Positions 14,301 through 27,720 of a stretch of 64,000 nt of DNA are shown piece by piece (the stretch's first letter is position 1; every line of letters starts with the position of its first letter). Both the position numbers and the translations under genes were made by a program. The notes below the pieces were generated by a model. The model had not been told where the DNA came from and made no database searches. It worked only from the letters and a program-made list of their open reading frames with translations. The stretch comes from Lama guanicoe (taxonomy: Eukaryota): positions 124,001 to 188,000 of the forward strand of contig MU054212.1 in assembly GCA_013239625.1 (NCBI GenBank), in the 5' to 3' direction.

Positions 14301-17227
14301 GCTCTGGTAAGGGGTTAACAAAGATGACTTTGTGGAGTCGGTGCTTCAGAACACCGATGAGGACTAGAGGTGACTGGTCAGAGCCAACATCACTCTTTAG
14401 CTGCCTGGCACGTGTCTCACGAAACCAGGCATACCCACGCTAGAATGAAGAATTGGCCTGCACTTAGGGAAAGTCATAGATGCATTTCTTCTTCCAGTGA
14501 TATATGTAGCAGAAGTCAAAGGGTGGAGGCTGAGTATGGAGAGAGTAGGAGTGAGGCACAGAAGAGACAGGGAAAGTAAAGGCAAATCAGAGCCTTCAAT
14601 GCACCAGTTTGTGAGGAGGAAACCCTCCAAATGCTGGCGTGTCTTCCATGCCAAAGACTGATGTTCAGGATGAGTCCAGGAGACACAAATCAACTATAGG
14701 GCAAAAGGCTTAAGGAGAAAAAAAGTGTCATTCCAAGTATGCGATGTCGTTCACATCCAAAATTTCTAGGTCAAATACAATGAGGAACTAATGTGGGAAA
14801 AAGAAAGCAGCCTGGCCCCGTGGCTGTCCTTGTCCTCGCACCACTGATGTCCTGGCCCCGCTGGTGGGCGATGGGAGGGATGTTCTGGCTTTGCACCTCT
14901 TGATGCTTGGGAATGGGGTGGGGGGTGGGGGTTCTGACTTGTATACCCTTTAATTAAAGAGAATATGACCTTTTCTATGATGATGATGATAATAAAACAT
15001 CCCGAAAGAGAATGGGGGCGTGTACAGGCTTATATATTATCCAAGCTCTGTGGAAGGCAAGAGGGCTTGGAACAGAAAAGTCTTGTTTGCTCACGCGGCC
15101 CTGAGTAACTTAAGGGGGAAAAGCTCAGAAAATAATTGATTAGATGCCAATTCGCATAGCTCACTTAGTCTGCTTTTTATTATCAGTATTTCTTTAAAAG
15201 GCTAATAGATCCTGTTCTTGACAAGCATGAAGCCAGAAGGTGGGCTCTCATCCAGTGTTTTCATTTTTCGGCTCTCAAGAGACAATGATTAGATCTTAAT
15301 ATTGAATGCACAAACCACATTCACTGTGTGAACTCTCTAGAGGGCTCCCCACCTAAGGATAAAAAAAGTAAAGAAGTTTTATTGGAAGGACTGTAAAAGG
15401 AAGGGGGAGGAGCACTCTAGGTCTCTTTAGGCCAACTGATTAAGGATGAGTTGATTTCCTTATAACCATTCTAAATCTGCCCTTCCTAGGGGAAGGGAAA
15501 CCTGAGAAGGCTGGACTTCAGTGATTTAATTCCCCATCTGTGAATAGCCAAACCTGGGGTGGAGAGGGGCAGGGAAAATGTCAACCACTGAAACAGCATT
15601 TGCAAATTGAGCAAAGTCCTGTGAATCTTAGGTAATAGCTGTGAGCAGCGTTTCTTTCTTCCACGTCTTATAAACTATAACTGAACTTAGGAAAACATGC
15701 CAATCAACAGATGCTCTCCACAGACTACACGATCTGAAACTGAGCTACAAGAAGCCAAACATGATTAAAATGTGCTTCCAGTCATAAGTTCATGATGCTG
15801 CTTCTCAGAGGCATCACCCTGTCCAGTAAGCCCTGGACACACTGTATTCATTACATCACAGTCAAGATCAAATTGCCACATGTTGCATCTGCGTCTGCCC
15901 TGTAGCCAGCCTCACCGGGTACTAAATGCGCAGTGGGATTAATGAGTGAGTCTCTGGGTGTGGCCTCGGGGGTTAGCTACCCACTTCACTTACCAGCCCA
16001 GTGAATCAAATCAGAAAAGATCTTTTCTCCAAGGAAAAAGACATGCAAGGGCAGGGATGGCCTGCAGCCTAACCTCTGGGGTTAGCTCCTGAGATAATCC
16101 CAGTTCCTTCTGCTGGCTGAATCGCCCTACGAGGTGCTGGAGGGGCTGGCCGAGCTGGAGCTCCTTTCCAGTGTTTGGTTGGTTAGATAAAAATGCCTTT
16201 CAATATGTACAGAATAGCATTCAGAACATGGTCTCCAGTATAACAAATGTGTAGAAATGGCAGCATAAATGAGTTCAAATATTAAAAAGGCATATGCAAA
16301 TCAGTCTCCTACTCTAACAGCATTCAGTGTTGCCTATCAATGCCATTTGCACCAAGCCTGAGCACAAAGTGTTCCCTGGAAGCCGTGAGCAAGGGGTGAT
16401 AACACTCAAGACCAGGAAAGTTGAGAGGTGAAGGGGTGGAAGGCAAATGCCTCTTTTCCCTTCTGTTAGGAGTGAGATGCCATGAAGAGCTTTTGTCCCA
16501 GAGTATCTCACAAATACATTAGGAACTTTTTTTTTTAAGGGAGGTTAAACATGTTTGAGCCTTGGTAAATTTGTTACTATAACCATAGCACAGTCCATGT
16601 GAAACCCAAACATCATTGTGCTTTATTACTTTGCTTTGTCTACCGTGTTTTTCCCACGGCTCTTAATACAGAAGTGCTCAGCCAGGTTCTCGCCCTTAGT
16701 CCACCCTCAGTGGGATGTATATTTTTGAAGGCTGATGTGCATTTTGGAAAAGTAGCCATCACGCATTTATGTGGAGTTTAAAGAATTGCACCATCATGCC
16801 AAGTACTAGTATTCTACATTTAAAAGGCAATATTACTTTTTTTTTCCCCCTAATTTAAACCCTTTTACAGGATAGGGTTTGTCCACTGCCTTCTTGGTAT
16901 CTGTTGTCTTCTTGTACTCTTGGCTGACTTACCTTCACCCCATGGGCCCCTGGGAGCATGCTCCCAGCTGGGTGGAGTGGCCTCTAAAAGCTGCTAAATT
17001 CAGACTGAGTTTGTCCTTCACAAAAAAGTGGTTAAAATGTTCCAATGTTCTAGTATTCTCAAGTTCTCTCCTGCTAGTTTATCAAAAACTCCTGGGTGGA
17101 CATTGAGCACCATTAACAGTGCCCCAAATAGATTGGCTTCTTACAGGAATTATATATTATTATTCTTAATACCATATGTAAGTCGACTGTTCCCTTTTTA
17201 GAAATTTTGATTAGATGGTATGTGTTG

Positions 17228-17270
17228 TGAGACAGAGACAGAGAAACAGAGAGAGACAGAGAGACAGAGA
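17228..17270. repeat. (GAGACA)n-like microsatellite
   Basis: gagacagagacagagaaacagagagagacagagagacagaga. Confidence 0.85.
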
Positions 17271-18788
17271 CCCACCCTGGAGAGCCAGACCTTGTCCTGG
17301 TCTAATGGGAAGTCCATACTGTATGCTCTTTTTCAAAAAGGAGCAGTGAGAATCCCTGAGAATTCACTAGTCTCTTCCAATTTTTATCATTTCAGTTACT
17401 TTCAGAAGTGGCTTACTAAGAGAATCTCATTTAAGCCCAGGAGTAAGTTAATACACCAAGAGAAACATTCAAGACCTTGATGCCTTTTGTTTGTAATTTC
17501 CTCATGCATTTTATGTCCCCCAGAGCAGATAAACAAGGGGTGTTCACTAATTAGAGTCAGAAACCTCTCAACCCAAAATGTCTGGGAAGTCCTGTGCTGT
17601 TAGTTCTAATATAGAAGCATCAGCCATAAGGGATGGCTAATAGTGCAAGACAATAAAACTCCTTCATGTTTTCTGTTTTAGGGAAATCCTGCATGGTTGC
17701 ACTAGGGTCATAAAAAATTACTAATGTGTTTTCTCATGGCGCTGGGCCATAACATAAGGCTCTGTGCAATGGTATTGTGTGCAGCCTGTAATCACAAACA
17801 AATGTATTCCACCAGCAGATGAGATGTTATATGAGAAAGTGTGAGAGGTTAGAGCTTGAGCCTTGGTGTCAGCTATGAAGCAGGTCCCGCCACAGTCAGA
17901 GCCCCCCTCCCCCCCCCCAGGCCATGCAGATGAAAAATTGAGTGCCTGGGAGGTGGGGTGGGGGGAGGGGATGCCAGGAGGGGTGAGGTCATCACAATGT
18001 GCAGCCGGCTTCCCTTGGAATGGGAAATAAGAAAAGGCTTCAACTCTGGCGCTGTCTGGACAGAATGGAGATGGAATGTGTGGGTCAGGTTGGTGGAGAT
18101 GAGGGAATCTCACAAGGAGGAGACAGGTGACATCAGTGGATGTCCCAGAGGGAGGGGTAGACACACACGGAATGAGCAGTTCAGGAGCCAGCCTCACATC
18201 AGCAAGTGAAATGGTGTCTGCTTCTGCGCCCACTCCTCTGATGTATCCAATGCCAGGCTAAAGCCTGAGGATGCAGGTGGTCAACGTAACACCAAGGTTT
18301 GTCACCCGCTACAAGCTGGCTTGGAAAGACATTCAGGGCTGCTTTCAGAGACCAAGTATCATTGGGACCATTCCGTCCAGATGAAAGGAAATTCTCATAA
18401 TGAAGTTAATGTGTTTTACCCTAGTCTTCAAAATGGAATTTTTGAGCTGTGAACAGTGCCATTCCTCCAAGGGAGTTCCTCTGACAAGTAGAAGTGTTTT
18501 CCAGAATTCTCAGATGTGAAAAAAAATCCCGTAGGAGCAATACCACCAGATTACTCAGAAACAGTACATCTACCCAGAAACAGTGATGTGAAGTGGAAAT
18601 GCACAGGTTAAAAATCCTGGCTCCATCACTCCATGATTTTGAGCTAGTTAACAATGCTCTCCAAATCCTGGTTTCCTCTTCTGAAAACAAGGAGAGAAAT
18701 AACTCGCCTTAACGGTTGTTATAAATCTCCCACTTTCATCACTACCATTATACCAACAACTTCCAAGTCTTTTCTCTTCAGCCCAAAT

Positions 18789-19453
18789 TTCTTTTTTTTT
18801 TTAATTGAAGTACAGTTCATTTACAATGTTGTGTTAGCTTCTGGTGTACAGCAAAGTGATTCATTATATTTATATATATATTCTTTTTCAGATTCTTTCC
18901 CATTACAAGTTATTACAAAACATTGAATACAGTTCCTTGTGCTATACAGTAGGACCTTGTTTATCTATTTTAAATATAGTAGTTTGTATCTGCTAATCTC
19001 AAACTCCTAATTTATCTCTCCCCTCACCTTCCCCTTTGGTAACCATTAGTTTGTTTTCTCTGTCTGTGAGTCTTTTACAAATAAGTTCATTTGTATCATA
19101 TTTTAGAGTCCTCATATAAGTTATATCATATGATATTTGTCTTTGTCTAATTTACTTCACTTAGTATGATGATCTTAGGTCCACCCTTGTTGCTGCAAAT
19201 ATCATTATTTCATTCTTTCTTATGGTTGAGTAGTATTCCACTGCATATATAAACCACATTTTTATCCAGTCACCTGTTGCGGGACATTTAGGTTGCTTCC
19301 ATGTCCTGGTTATTGTAAATAGTGCTGCCATGGAACATTGAAGTGCATGTATTTTTTTGATTTAGTTTAGTCTGGATATATGCCCAGGATTGCTGGATCG
19401 TATGGTAATTCTATTTTCAGTTTTTTAAGGAACCTCCATACTCTCCTCTGTAG
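18789..19453 (-). mobile_element. Young L1 3' end (3' UTR and end of ORF2), 5'-truncated
   Basis: Poly-T then aattgaagtacagttcatttacaatgttgtgttag...gttgctgcaaat...ttttttaaggaacctccata; 11-bp TSD tcagcccaaat at 18778-18788 and 19454-19464. Confidence 0.92.
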
Positions 19454-20330
19454 TCAGCCCAAATGCCTTCACTGAGTTTCACATTCATATACTCTCTCCT
19501 GTCTCCCACAGACTATTTAAAACCAAATGTTCCAAACTGAGATCATCATCTTTGTTCCCTCTAACCTCACAGACCTGTTTTCTCCTCAGTTAAAGATACC
19601 ATCATGTGTCGCCAGAAAACTTAGATGCCTCTCTAACTTCTTTCTCTCCATCACCACTCTCAAACTAAAAAAAAGGAAAAGAAAAAACCTCCAGATTTCA
19701 GCTCTTGATTTCAGCTCCTTGAAGCTCTCTCCACCCCTAGTTGAATGCCACCATTTCATGCCAAGATTATTGTAAGAGTCCCCTGTCCCTAACATTGGCC
19801 CATTCTCCCTACTCCAACCATCTCTGGAAAGAGCGAGTCTGTTTGGTTCTCTCCTCTGTTTAAATGGCTACACACCACCCTCAGGATATTTCCGACCCTG
19901 GCTAGCCAAGGGCAGGTCTTTTCTTACCACCCCAGAGCCATCCTTTGTCTCCGTAGCTCCTGGCACAATGATTTCCCTCTATACTGAAATTGGTGGACCT
20001 TCACTCATCTCTGGGCTTTCGAGAGGTTGCTCTCCTGACTGGAATCTGCTTCCCTTGCCCTGTCTCCCTCCCCCTTACCTGAAAAACTGCTACTCACCCT
20101 TCAGATCCCAACTTAAATACCTCCCATGGGAGCCTTCCCTGTGCCCCCAAGGTTAGATATGTGCCCTTCACACATCCTGCACAGTACCCTGTAATCTCCC
20201 TAACATAGGCACATGGACCTCACCATACTGGACTTTTCTGTACCAGTCATTTTACCCCACTAGATAGTAAACTCTTTGAGGACATTGTATCTTCAGTGGT
20301 ATGTATCAGACCACTCAATAATTATGTATA
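19454..20330 (+). mobile_element. L2 3' region; continues from ~18760 across the L1 insertion
   Basis: tgttccaaactgagatcatcatc, cccaacttaaatacctcc, ccccactagatagtaaactctttgagg. Confidence 0.7.
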
Positions 20331-20644
20331 AAGGAAGGAAGGGAGAGAAGAAGGGAGGGAGGGAAGGGTAATACAATATGTTAAGCACCTAGCACAGAGC
20401 TGGTGACTTATTAACAAATGTTAGTCTTCACTCTGTATTGATAAATCACACATATTTACTTTTCTTAACAAGACCCTATAATTACTTTTTCACACTTAGC
20501 AAAGTGGTGAAGTCTTTTCACACCTGGATAGGTTAAATGTCCACAATCAGCCAAGTGTCCTCCAAACCCAGGAGGCTACATCAGTTTCAGAAGCCTACAG
20601 AATGGAGGGTTTTTTTGTCTGACAAGGTCTTTATTCTCCTTTGC

Positions 20645-21350
20645 TTTTTTTAAATTGATAGATTTCATTTACTAGAGCGGCTTGCGGTTACAGAAACGTT
20701 GAGTGGGAAATGCATAGTTCTTCTATACTTCCTCACTCTCCACCCACCCACAGTTTCCCTTGTTATCAACATCTTGCCCTGGCTGGTTATTTATTTATCA
20801 CAATTGGTGAACCAACATTGATACATTATTATTAACAAAAGTCTTTAGTTAACATTAGGCTTCTCTTTGTATTGTGGAGATGTTTGGGTTTTGACAAATG
20901 TATAGTAACACATATCTACCATTATGGTACCACACAGTATAGTTCCACTGCCCTAAAATCCTCAGTATACATTGTTCTCTCATTCCCCCTCCTAATCCTC
21001 CCAAACCTCTGGCAAACACTGACCTTTTTATTGTCTCTATAGTTTTTCCTTTTCCAGAATGTCATACAGTTGGAATCATACAGTGTGTAGCCATTTCAGA
21101 GTGGCTTCTTCCACTTAGTAATTAGCATTTAAGGTTCCACCATGATTTTTCATGGCTTAATAGCTCATGTCCATTTATCACTAAATAATATTCCACAATT
21201 TGTCTGCCCACTCACCTACTGAAGGACATCTTAGATGTTTCTAATTTTTGGCAATCATGAATAAAATCCATGAGAAGGTTTCTATGTGGACGTAAGTCTT
21301 CAACTCACTTGGGTAAATACTAAGAAGCACAATTGCTGGAGCATATGGTG
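20645..21350 (-). mobile_element. L1MC-like 3' end
   Basis: aaccaacattgatacattattattaac, ttttgacaaatgtata, ccttttccagaatgtcatacagttggaatcatacag. Confidence 0.85.
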
Positions 21351-22204
21351 GGACACAACACTACCACATGACATGAGAATAAGGCGCTGTGAGAGACCAT
21401 GCACATTAGCACAGCAGAAACCGACCTGTGCGTGTGACCAGCAGAAAGTATCCCATTAGCGTTTATCAGGTTTGTACGTTGCTGACCTGGCCTGGCTATT
21501 TTGCTGCCTTGGACATCTGACATGCAGAATGAGAAGGATATAACTGAGAACTTCCCCAAAGCAGAACATACCAGACATTTAAATGTTGTGGTTTGAAGCA
21601 TTTAGTGATCCTAAATTAGCAATTCATATGCCCAATTTACACCTTCGTCCCCCTGTAAGCCCCATTCCATTCCTACCCTAACTCACTACACCTCATTCTT
21701 CCTTTTTGATTAACGCAAGTTTGGTGATCATAGCGTTATTAACCACCCCAGTTTGCTCAAGGTCAAGAGCAGGAAAAAAGGGCTCCATGGCTTTTCAAAT
21801 AATTTGGTTTTTCACAGTTAAAAAATTCTGCTTCAGGCATATTGCCTCATAGTTATCTCTGCTATACAGGCCACCTCTTATATTTCTTCACATGTTAGTT
21901 ACATAGTTTTGCTCTTTAAAACAGAACGGACTTACTATAGTGAAGAAACCATATGATACAGGGAGAACAGAGCCAAGTAAATGGGAAAGGACGGCCGTCT
22001 CATTACACAAGGACATGCTGTGTATACTGTACAAGGACATGATGTACAAGGAAATCAAAACAAAATAAAGCAGAACAACACAGCTTCTTGTTCTCTGGGG
22101 CAGTGTGAGTAGATAAGTGGTTATGGAGACAACTTCCTCAGAGCCTTGGGTTTGAGCTTTACTTGAAGCTTGTTTCATCACATGGCTTTGGAGTAAGATA
22201 TGAC

Positions 22205-23360
22205 CACTCAAAAATATTTATTAATGTAGCAGACATTGTTCTAGGCACTAGGCATACAGCAATTTGAAAAAAAAAACAAAGAAAAATTTTTCTGTCTACA
22301 TGGAATCTACATTTTGTGGATGGGATTGAGAGAATTGATAAACAAGTGAAATAAATAGTGTTATCAAATGATATGTGCAATGGGAAACAATTAACAAGAA
22401 AAGGGGAAGAGGGTGCTTGGATGGGGAATGTAGCTGCAATTTTAAGTTGGTTGGGGAAGCCTTCTCTACTAGGTGATGTCTGAGCAAAGACCTGAAACGG
22501 GTGTGGGAGTAAACCATGTGGCTCTGTGGAGGAAAAGCGCTGCCTACAGAGGGAGCAGCTAGTGTAAAGTCCCCAAGTCAGGAGTATTCCTATAATGTTG
22601 GAGAAGGAGAAAGCAAGCATGCGGCTGGAGAGGTATTAGAAGGGGAAGAGTAGAAGGAGATGAAATCAGACAAATTGTAGGTACCAGGTCACAGAAGGCC
22701 TTATAACTCATTGCAAAGATTTTGTCTTTTACCCTGAGGGAGATGGGGATTATTGGAGAGTTTTGAGCACAGAAGTGACATTATTTTAAAGGTTCACTCT
22801 GCTGTATTATGGGTAGACTGTAGAGGTATATGGGGAGAAGCAGGAAGAAAATTTGCTATCATCCAGGAAGGAGTCATAGTGGCTTGGCTAGGGTAGAAGT
22901 AGTGGAGGTGGGGATGGATAGGGTGTCACTTTCTTGATACATGTCAAAGAAAGAGAGGACACGATTTCCTGACAGAGAGGACATAAAGTGTGAGAGGAAA
23001 GAGGTGCCAAAGATGACTCTAAGCTTTCACCCTGAGCAGCTAGAAGGAAAGAGTTGTCATTTCTTGAGGTGGGAAAACAGGATCACAGAAAAGCTTGGAG
23101 GAGCGATCAAGAGCTTGGTTTGGCCTCCAGCATTAGGAGGTTGGTAAGATGAGGAAGAACCGGCAACGGACAATGGAAAGAAACAGCCAGTGAGGTAGGA
23201 GGAAAACAGAGAGGATGTAGTGCCCCAAAGATCAAGTAAAGAAAGTGCTTTAAGGAGGAGGGATTGATCAACTATGTCAGCTGTTCAGATAATTCAATAC
23301 AATAAGGACCGAGAACAGGCCACTGGATGTGTCACAGAGGATACAGGTGACCCTGACAAT
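22205..23360 (-). mobile_element. L2a-like element, 3' part
   Basis: aaaatatttatt...cattgttctaggcactagg...tgagcaaagacctgaa...ttttaaaggttcactctgctg...ggaggagggattgatcaactatgtca. Confidence 0.85.
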
Positions 23361-24188
23361 CCGAGTGCCCACCATCACTCAGGATAATACTTTAGGCAAG
23401 AAAAGAAAATCAGCTGCAAATAATTCCAGGTTGAGAAATTAGGAAATGGGGTCATTGTCAAAAATTTGAAGTCTGTTTGGCAAGTTCTCTGAACAGTAGT
23501 GGTGTGACTGGGCCGCCTCTCGTCTCCTGGCTCAACCGCTGCTCAGGAACTATGGTTCAGGTTTGTTATTGAGTTCAGGGATGGGGTCCATGCCCTCATC
23601 GTGTAACCTTGAACCAGTGCCCAAAATGACTTAGATTTTCTCACTAAGAAAACAAATATAATGGTCACCACTAAACTAAAATCTCAAAGCCTGTGAATTG
23701 CTGGCCTAAGAGAACAATGCTGGCACTGGATTTTCTGAAAAGGAAAACCACATTCCACAACTACCTTTAAGCCTGTGGAAGTGGAAATTTTTTAAAATAG
23801 AGAAAAAAGAAAAACTGCCAGTCCAGATACAGAGTGGACTAGGTGGCTTCTCCATAATTAGTGAGGTTCTGATAGGAAGGGACATTCCTCTCTAGCATAA
23901 TCACCTGCTGCCATTTGGAATTCAGAAAGTGTTTAACAGTGAGTGAATAAATGATGTGAATCAACAAACAGGACTCATTAGTTGCTGTTCAGTAGCTTTC
24001 CCTGACTAATATTCTCATTTCTCACATTAGTAATCTAATCAGTGTTTCTTGTTCCTTTGGCCCTACTAACTTCACTGTAAGTTCCTTGAGGACTTATCAT
24101 GACATTTATTTCTCTATATTCTTTGCCACACGAAGAAGAAGAAGGAGGAGGAGGAAATGACTAGTTTAGTGTTAGAACTACCATTTAA

Positions 24189-24653
24189 TGTATTAGTCAT
24201 GGTTCTCCAGAGAAACAGAACCAATAGGACATATGTATATACACGAGGAGGTTTATTATAAGAATTCACTCACACAATTATGGAGGCTGGGAAGTTCCAT
24301 GATCTGCTCTCTACAAGCTGGAGAACCAGGAAAGCCAGTGGTATAATTCAGTCTGAGTCCCAAGGCCTGAGAACCAGGAGCACCAAGGTTTGAGGGCAGG
24401 AGAAGACGGATGTCTCAGCTCAAGCAGAGACAGAGAATTTGCCCTTTCTCTGCCTTTTGTTCTAGTCATGTGCTCAGCAGATTGGATGATGCCCACCTGC
24501 CTTGGTGAGGGTAACCTTCTTCACTCAGCCTATTTATTCAAATGCCAGTCTATCCCAGATACACCTTTTCAGACATATCCAGAAATAACGTTTTAGCAGT
24601 CTTCTGGACAGCCCTCAGTCCAGTCAAGTTGACACATAAAATTAACCATCACA
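24189..24653 (-). mobile_element. ERVL solo LTR (MLT2-like), full length
   Basis: Termini tgtattagtcatggttctccagagaaacagaacc ... ccagtcaagttgacacataaaattaaccatcaca. Confidence 0.92.
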
Positions 24654-26349
24654 ATATACTAAGTTACAGAGTTAAAAAAAATGTTTAAAGAAATTGAACT
24701 AACTCAAGTCAAGAAAATAAATTTAATTTAAATCTTCAGGACAAAGAGATAAGAGAAACAATTCAAATAAGTCTTACAAGCTCAGATTATTATGGTTTGT
24801 AAGATTAAATAAATTGGAGCCATATTTGTCATACATTCCTCTGATGTTTTGGTATCTAAGGCCCTTATCAGAAGGCTTCCAACCATTAGTCACAAGCCAT
24901 TATTTTCTGCTGCCAATCACTGGCTTCTGGTATCCCCAGGGCTACAATCTTATCCCTCCAAGAACCCTGTGTTAACTTTTGTGTGATGTTTTCTACCAGG
25001 GAAGCCAACTGTTTAGTTGTACAAACTTTGGGGCATCGTAGTGAGATGGTTTGACTTTAGCCCCCTCCCTCCCACCACCCTCCCCAAACAGGGCATGACT
25101 ACATGCCCTGCCATAGAGGATCTTAGCTAGCTTTCTTGCTTGCTTACCCCCAGATGGGTACATTTACATCATCGCTTATATCAGTAACAAGAAACAGACC
25201 AACGTAGAGAGGTTTGAGGGTGGTCAATCCTAGTCAAAGATTGTTCAGCTCGTTATTTATTCACATTCAAGATACGAGTTTATTGTACCTGTCATCTTCA
25301 CCAATGGCATTGGTAATGACTAGGTTACTTTGGAAAAGCAAAATGTTAAACACTAACCTAAGACATAATTTGTAATCTTCTCTGAATTAGTAAAGCAAAC
25401 ACTGTGAGCTTTAAAACAACTGAGATGTACATTCGGAAACAGAATGTTAGTCTTTCCTGTTTTCCCCACTGCTGTGCTATCGGTAACGGGATACTTGAGG
25501 TTGAAGCAGAACTTCCAAATAAACTTGATCTTTGGAGTTTTACAACAGTGATAAGTGAACCTCACAAAGTTCAGAGATTCTGTCCAAAAGGAGAATTAAC
25601 GTTCTTGTGCCAATTCTTGTACCTCTGAATTATCGTGTTGAAGTTTTCACGGCAGTGGCAATTCCTTGCCTGTTTTATGCTAGTGATAGAAAGTTACACA
25701 AAAAGAACAAGTTTTCTCAACAGCTGTTCATCCATTCAACAATAATTTGTTGTAGTTTCTACTGTGTTGCCTGAGCCAAGATTAAAATATTGAAAATAAG
25801 GAATTTGATGACAGATTTGCAAAGTGAGAAATGAAAGCCCACTCTTTGCAGACGTGCAGCCTGACACACCCGGTCCTCTTTTGTCCCCTTGTCTTTCATG
25901 GAGGCCATCTTTCAGAGACACGTACCCCTGGGTTGTCAGCTATGCTCAACAATGAGTAGGGCCAAATTCCCAGCCAGGGCTTATCAAGAAACCAGGAGGA
26001 ATTTCCTATTCTTATCCTTTGCAATTATAGCAAAAACCAAAACCAAAAAAATACAAAAGATGTCACTAAAAGATGTTTTCATAATAATGGAGTCAAATCC
26101 TAAAATGAAATTCAAATGGCCAAGCATCAAAATTACAGCTAGTATTTTTCTAGATATTGGGATACACTATTGGGACCTCACAGCAAAGACAACAATGCCT
26201 TACAGTATAGGAGAGTTTGCCATTCATGGCACACCCGCATGTTCACTGCTGCCTTTAGGGTAAAACCTCCAGTTACGTAGTTTCTTTCTATTTTACTATA
26301 TATTTGGAAGTTAAATTTGAATGGTAAAAGCGTAATTCGTGCAGAGGTT

Positions 26350-26500
26350 AAATCCTGACATTGCCACATATTGGTGGGCATTAATGTAGTCTCCTCAGCT
26401 ATAAAAAGGGAGTAATAACACCAGCCTCTTAGAGTTATTTTAAGAATTAAACAGAAAGATTCATGCAAAGAGTGAGCCCAATAAGTGCTCAATAGAATAT
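26350..26500 (+). mobile_element. MIR SINE fragment
   Basis: ctcctcagctataaaaagggagtaataacac...agagttattttaagaattaaa...taagtgctcaata. Confidence 0.6.
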
Positions 26501-26519
26501 GGTTTTAATTATTGATAAT

Positions 26520-27720
26520 AAAAATAAAATATATCTATTGTAGAAAATGCATCCAAGGATAAAGCAGGAAATAACAATCATCCATAAATCTATCATTCTA
26601 ATATAATCACTGTACCATTATGATGTATTTTTCTGGTTTTCTAAATAATGCTACATAGTGCATTTTTTTGTTATGAAAATTTTCAAACATATACAAAAGT
26701 CAAAAGATAAATACAATGAATACCTACATATTTTCCACTTAGATTCAATAATTATAAATACTTTGCCGTATTTGCTTTATTTATCTATATATGTGTGTAT
26801 GTGTACATTTTCACATAAGTATGTACATATGTATTTTTTGCAGAAATATTTTAAAGTAAATTGCATTAATCATGGCATCTCAACCCTAAATATTCCAATA
26901 TGTACCTCCCATAAATAAGAACATTCTGCTACATAATCACAATACCAATATCACAACAGAATATTTAATGATTATTCTCTAATGTCATTTAATATTTAGT
27001 TCATATTCAAATTTTCTTAATTGTCCCCCAAATGACTTTTGGCTGTTTTTTTTTTTTTTTTCCCAAANNNNNNNNNNNNNNNNNNNNNNNNNNNNNNNNN
27101 NNNNNNNNNNNNNNNNNNNNNNNNNNNNNNNNNNNNNNNNNNNNNNNNNNNNNNNNNNNNNNNNNNNNNNNNNNNNNNNNNNNNNNNNNNNNNNNNNNNN
27201 NNNNNNNNNNNNNNNNNNNNNNNNNNNNNNNNNNNNNNNNNNNNNNNNNNNNNNNNNNNNNNNNNNNNNNNNNNNNNNNNNNNNNNNNNNNNNNNNNNNN
27301 NNNNNNNNNNNNNNNNNNNNNNNNNNNNNNNNNNNNNNNNNNNNNNNAAAAATTTTTTTGTTTTTTTTTTTTTTTTTTGCCCAAAACCAATTCATGTACT
27401 GTGTTTAGTTATGTGTCTTTTATTCCAGAACAATCTTCTCACTAATCTCCCATTACTCTGAGCATACTTTTTAATGATGCATGGATTCTAGTGTCAACAC
27501 AGGCATGGCTAATCTCTTAGCTTTAGACATACAACTTGCTTCTTTTTTTTTTCCTATTGGAAATCACTCTAAGATGAACATCTTAGTTCACTTTTTTTCA
27601 CACTTTCTGATTACTTTGGAATATTTACTTCTCCTAAAAGATAAAAAAATATTTAAGACGCTCCTTACATATTAGCATATTGCTTTTCAGAAAGGTTTTA
27701 TCCACGGTTACAGTGTTATC
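26520..27720 (-). mobile_element. Old L1 fragments (L1MC/L1ME-like) spanning the assembly gap
   Basis: ttatgaaaattttcaaacatatacaaaag, ataagaacattctgctacataatcacaatacca, catattcaaattttc. Confidence 0.7.
27068..27347. other. Assembly gap (280 N)
   Basis: Run of N flanked by poly-T on both sides. Confidence 1.

Noticed and set aside
17721..18233. Longest ORF (170 aa, minus strand)
   Set aside because: Non-ATG start, no recognisable domain, crosses low-complexity G/C tracts, no supporting splice structure
25089..25110. p53 response element in CAGGGCATG-acta-CATGCCCTG
   Set aside because: The CATG cores are 4 nt apart rather than the 6 nt of two adjacent decamers; only a 9-bp inverted repeat
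25353..25628. Coding-looking stretch or processed pseudogene
   Set aside because: The frames I read resemble no protein I recognise; no poly-A/TSD or paired splice sites
26985..27461. ORFs of 127-140 aa
   Set aside because: Artefacts of translating through the N gap
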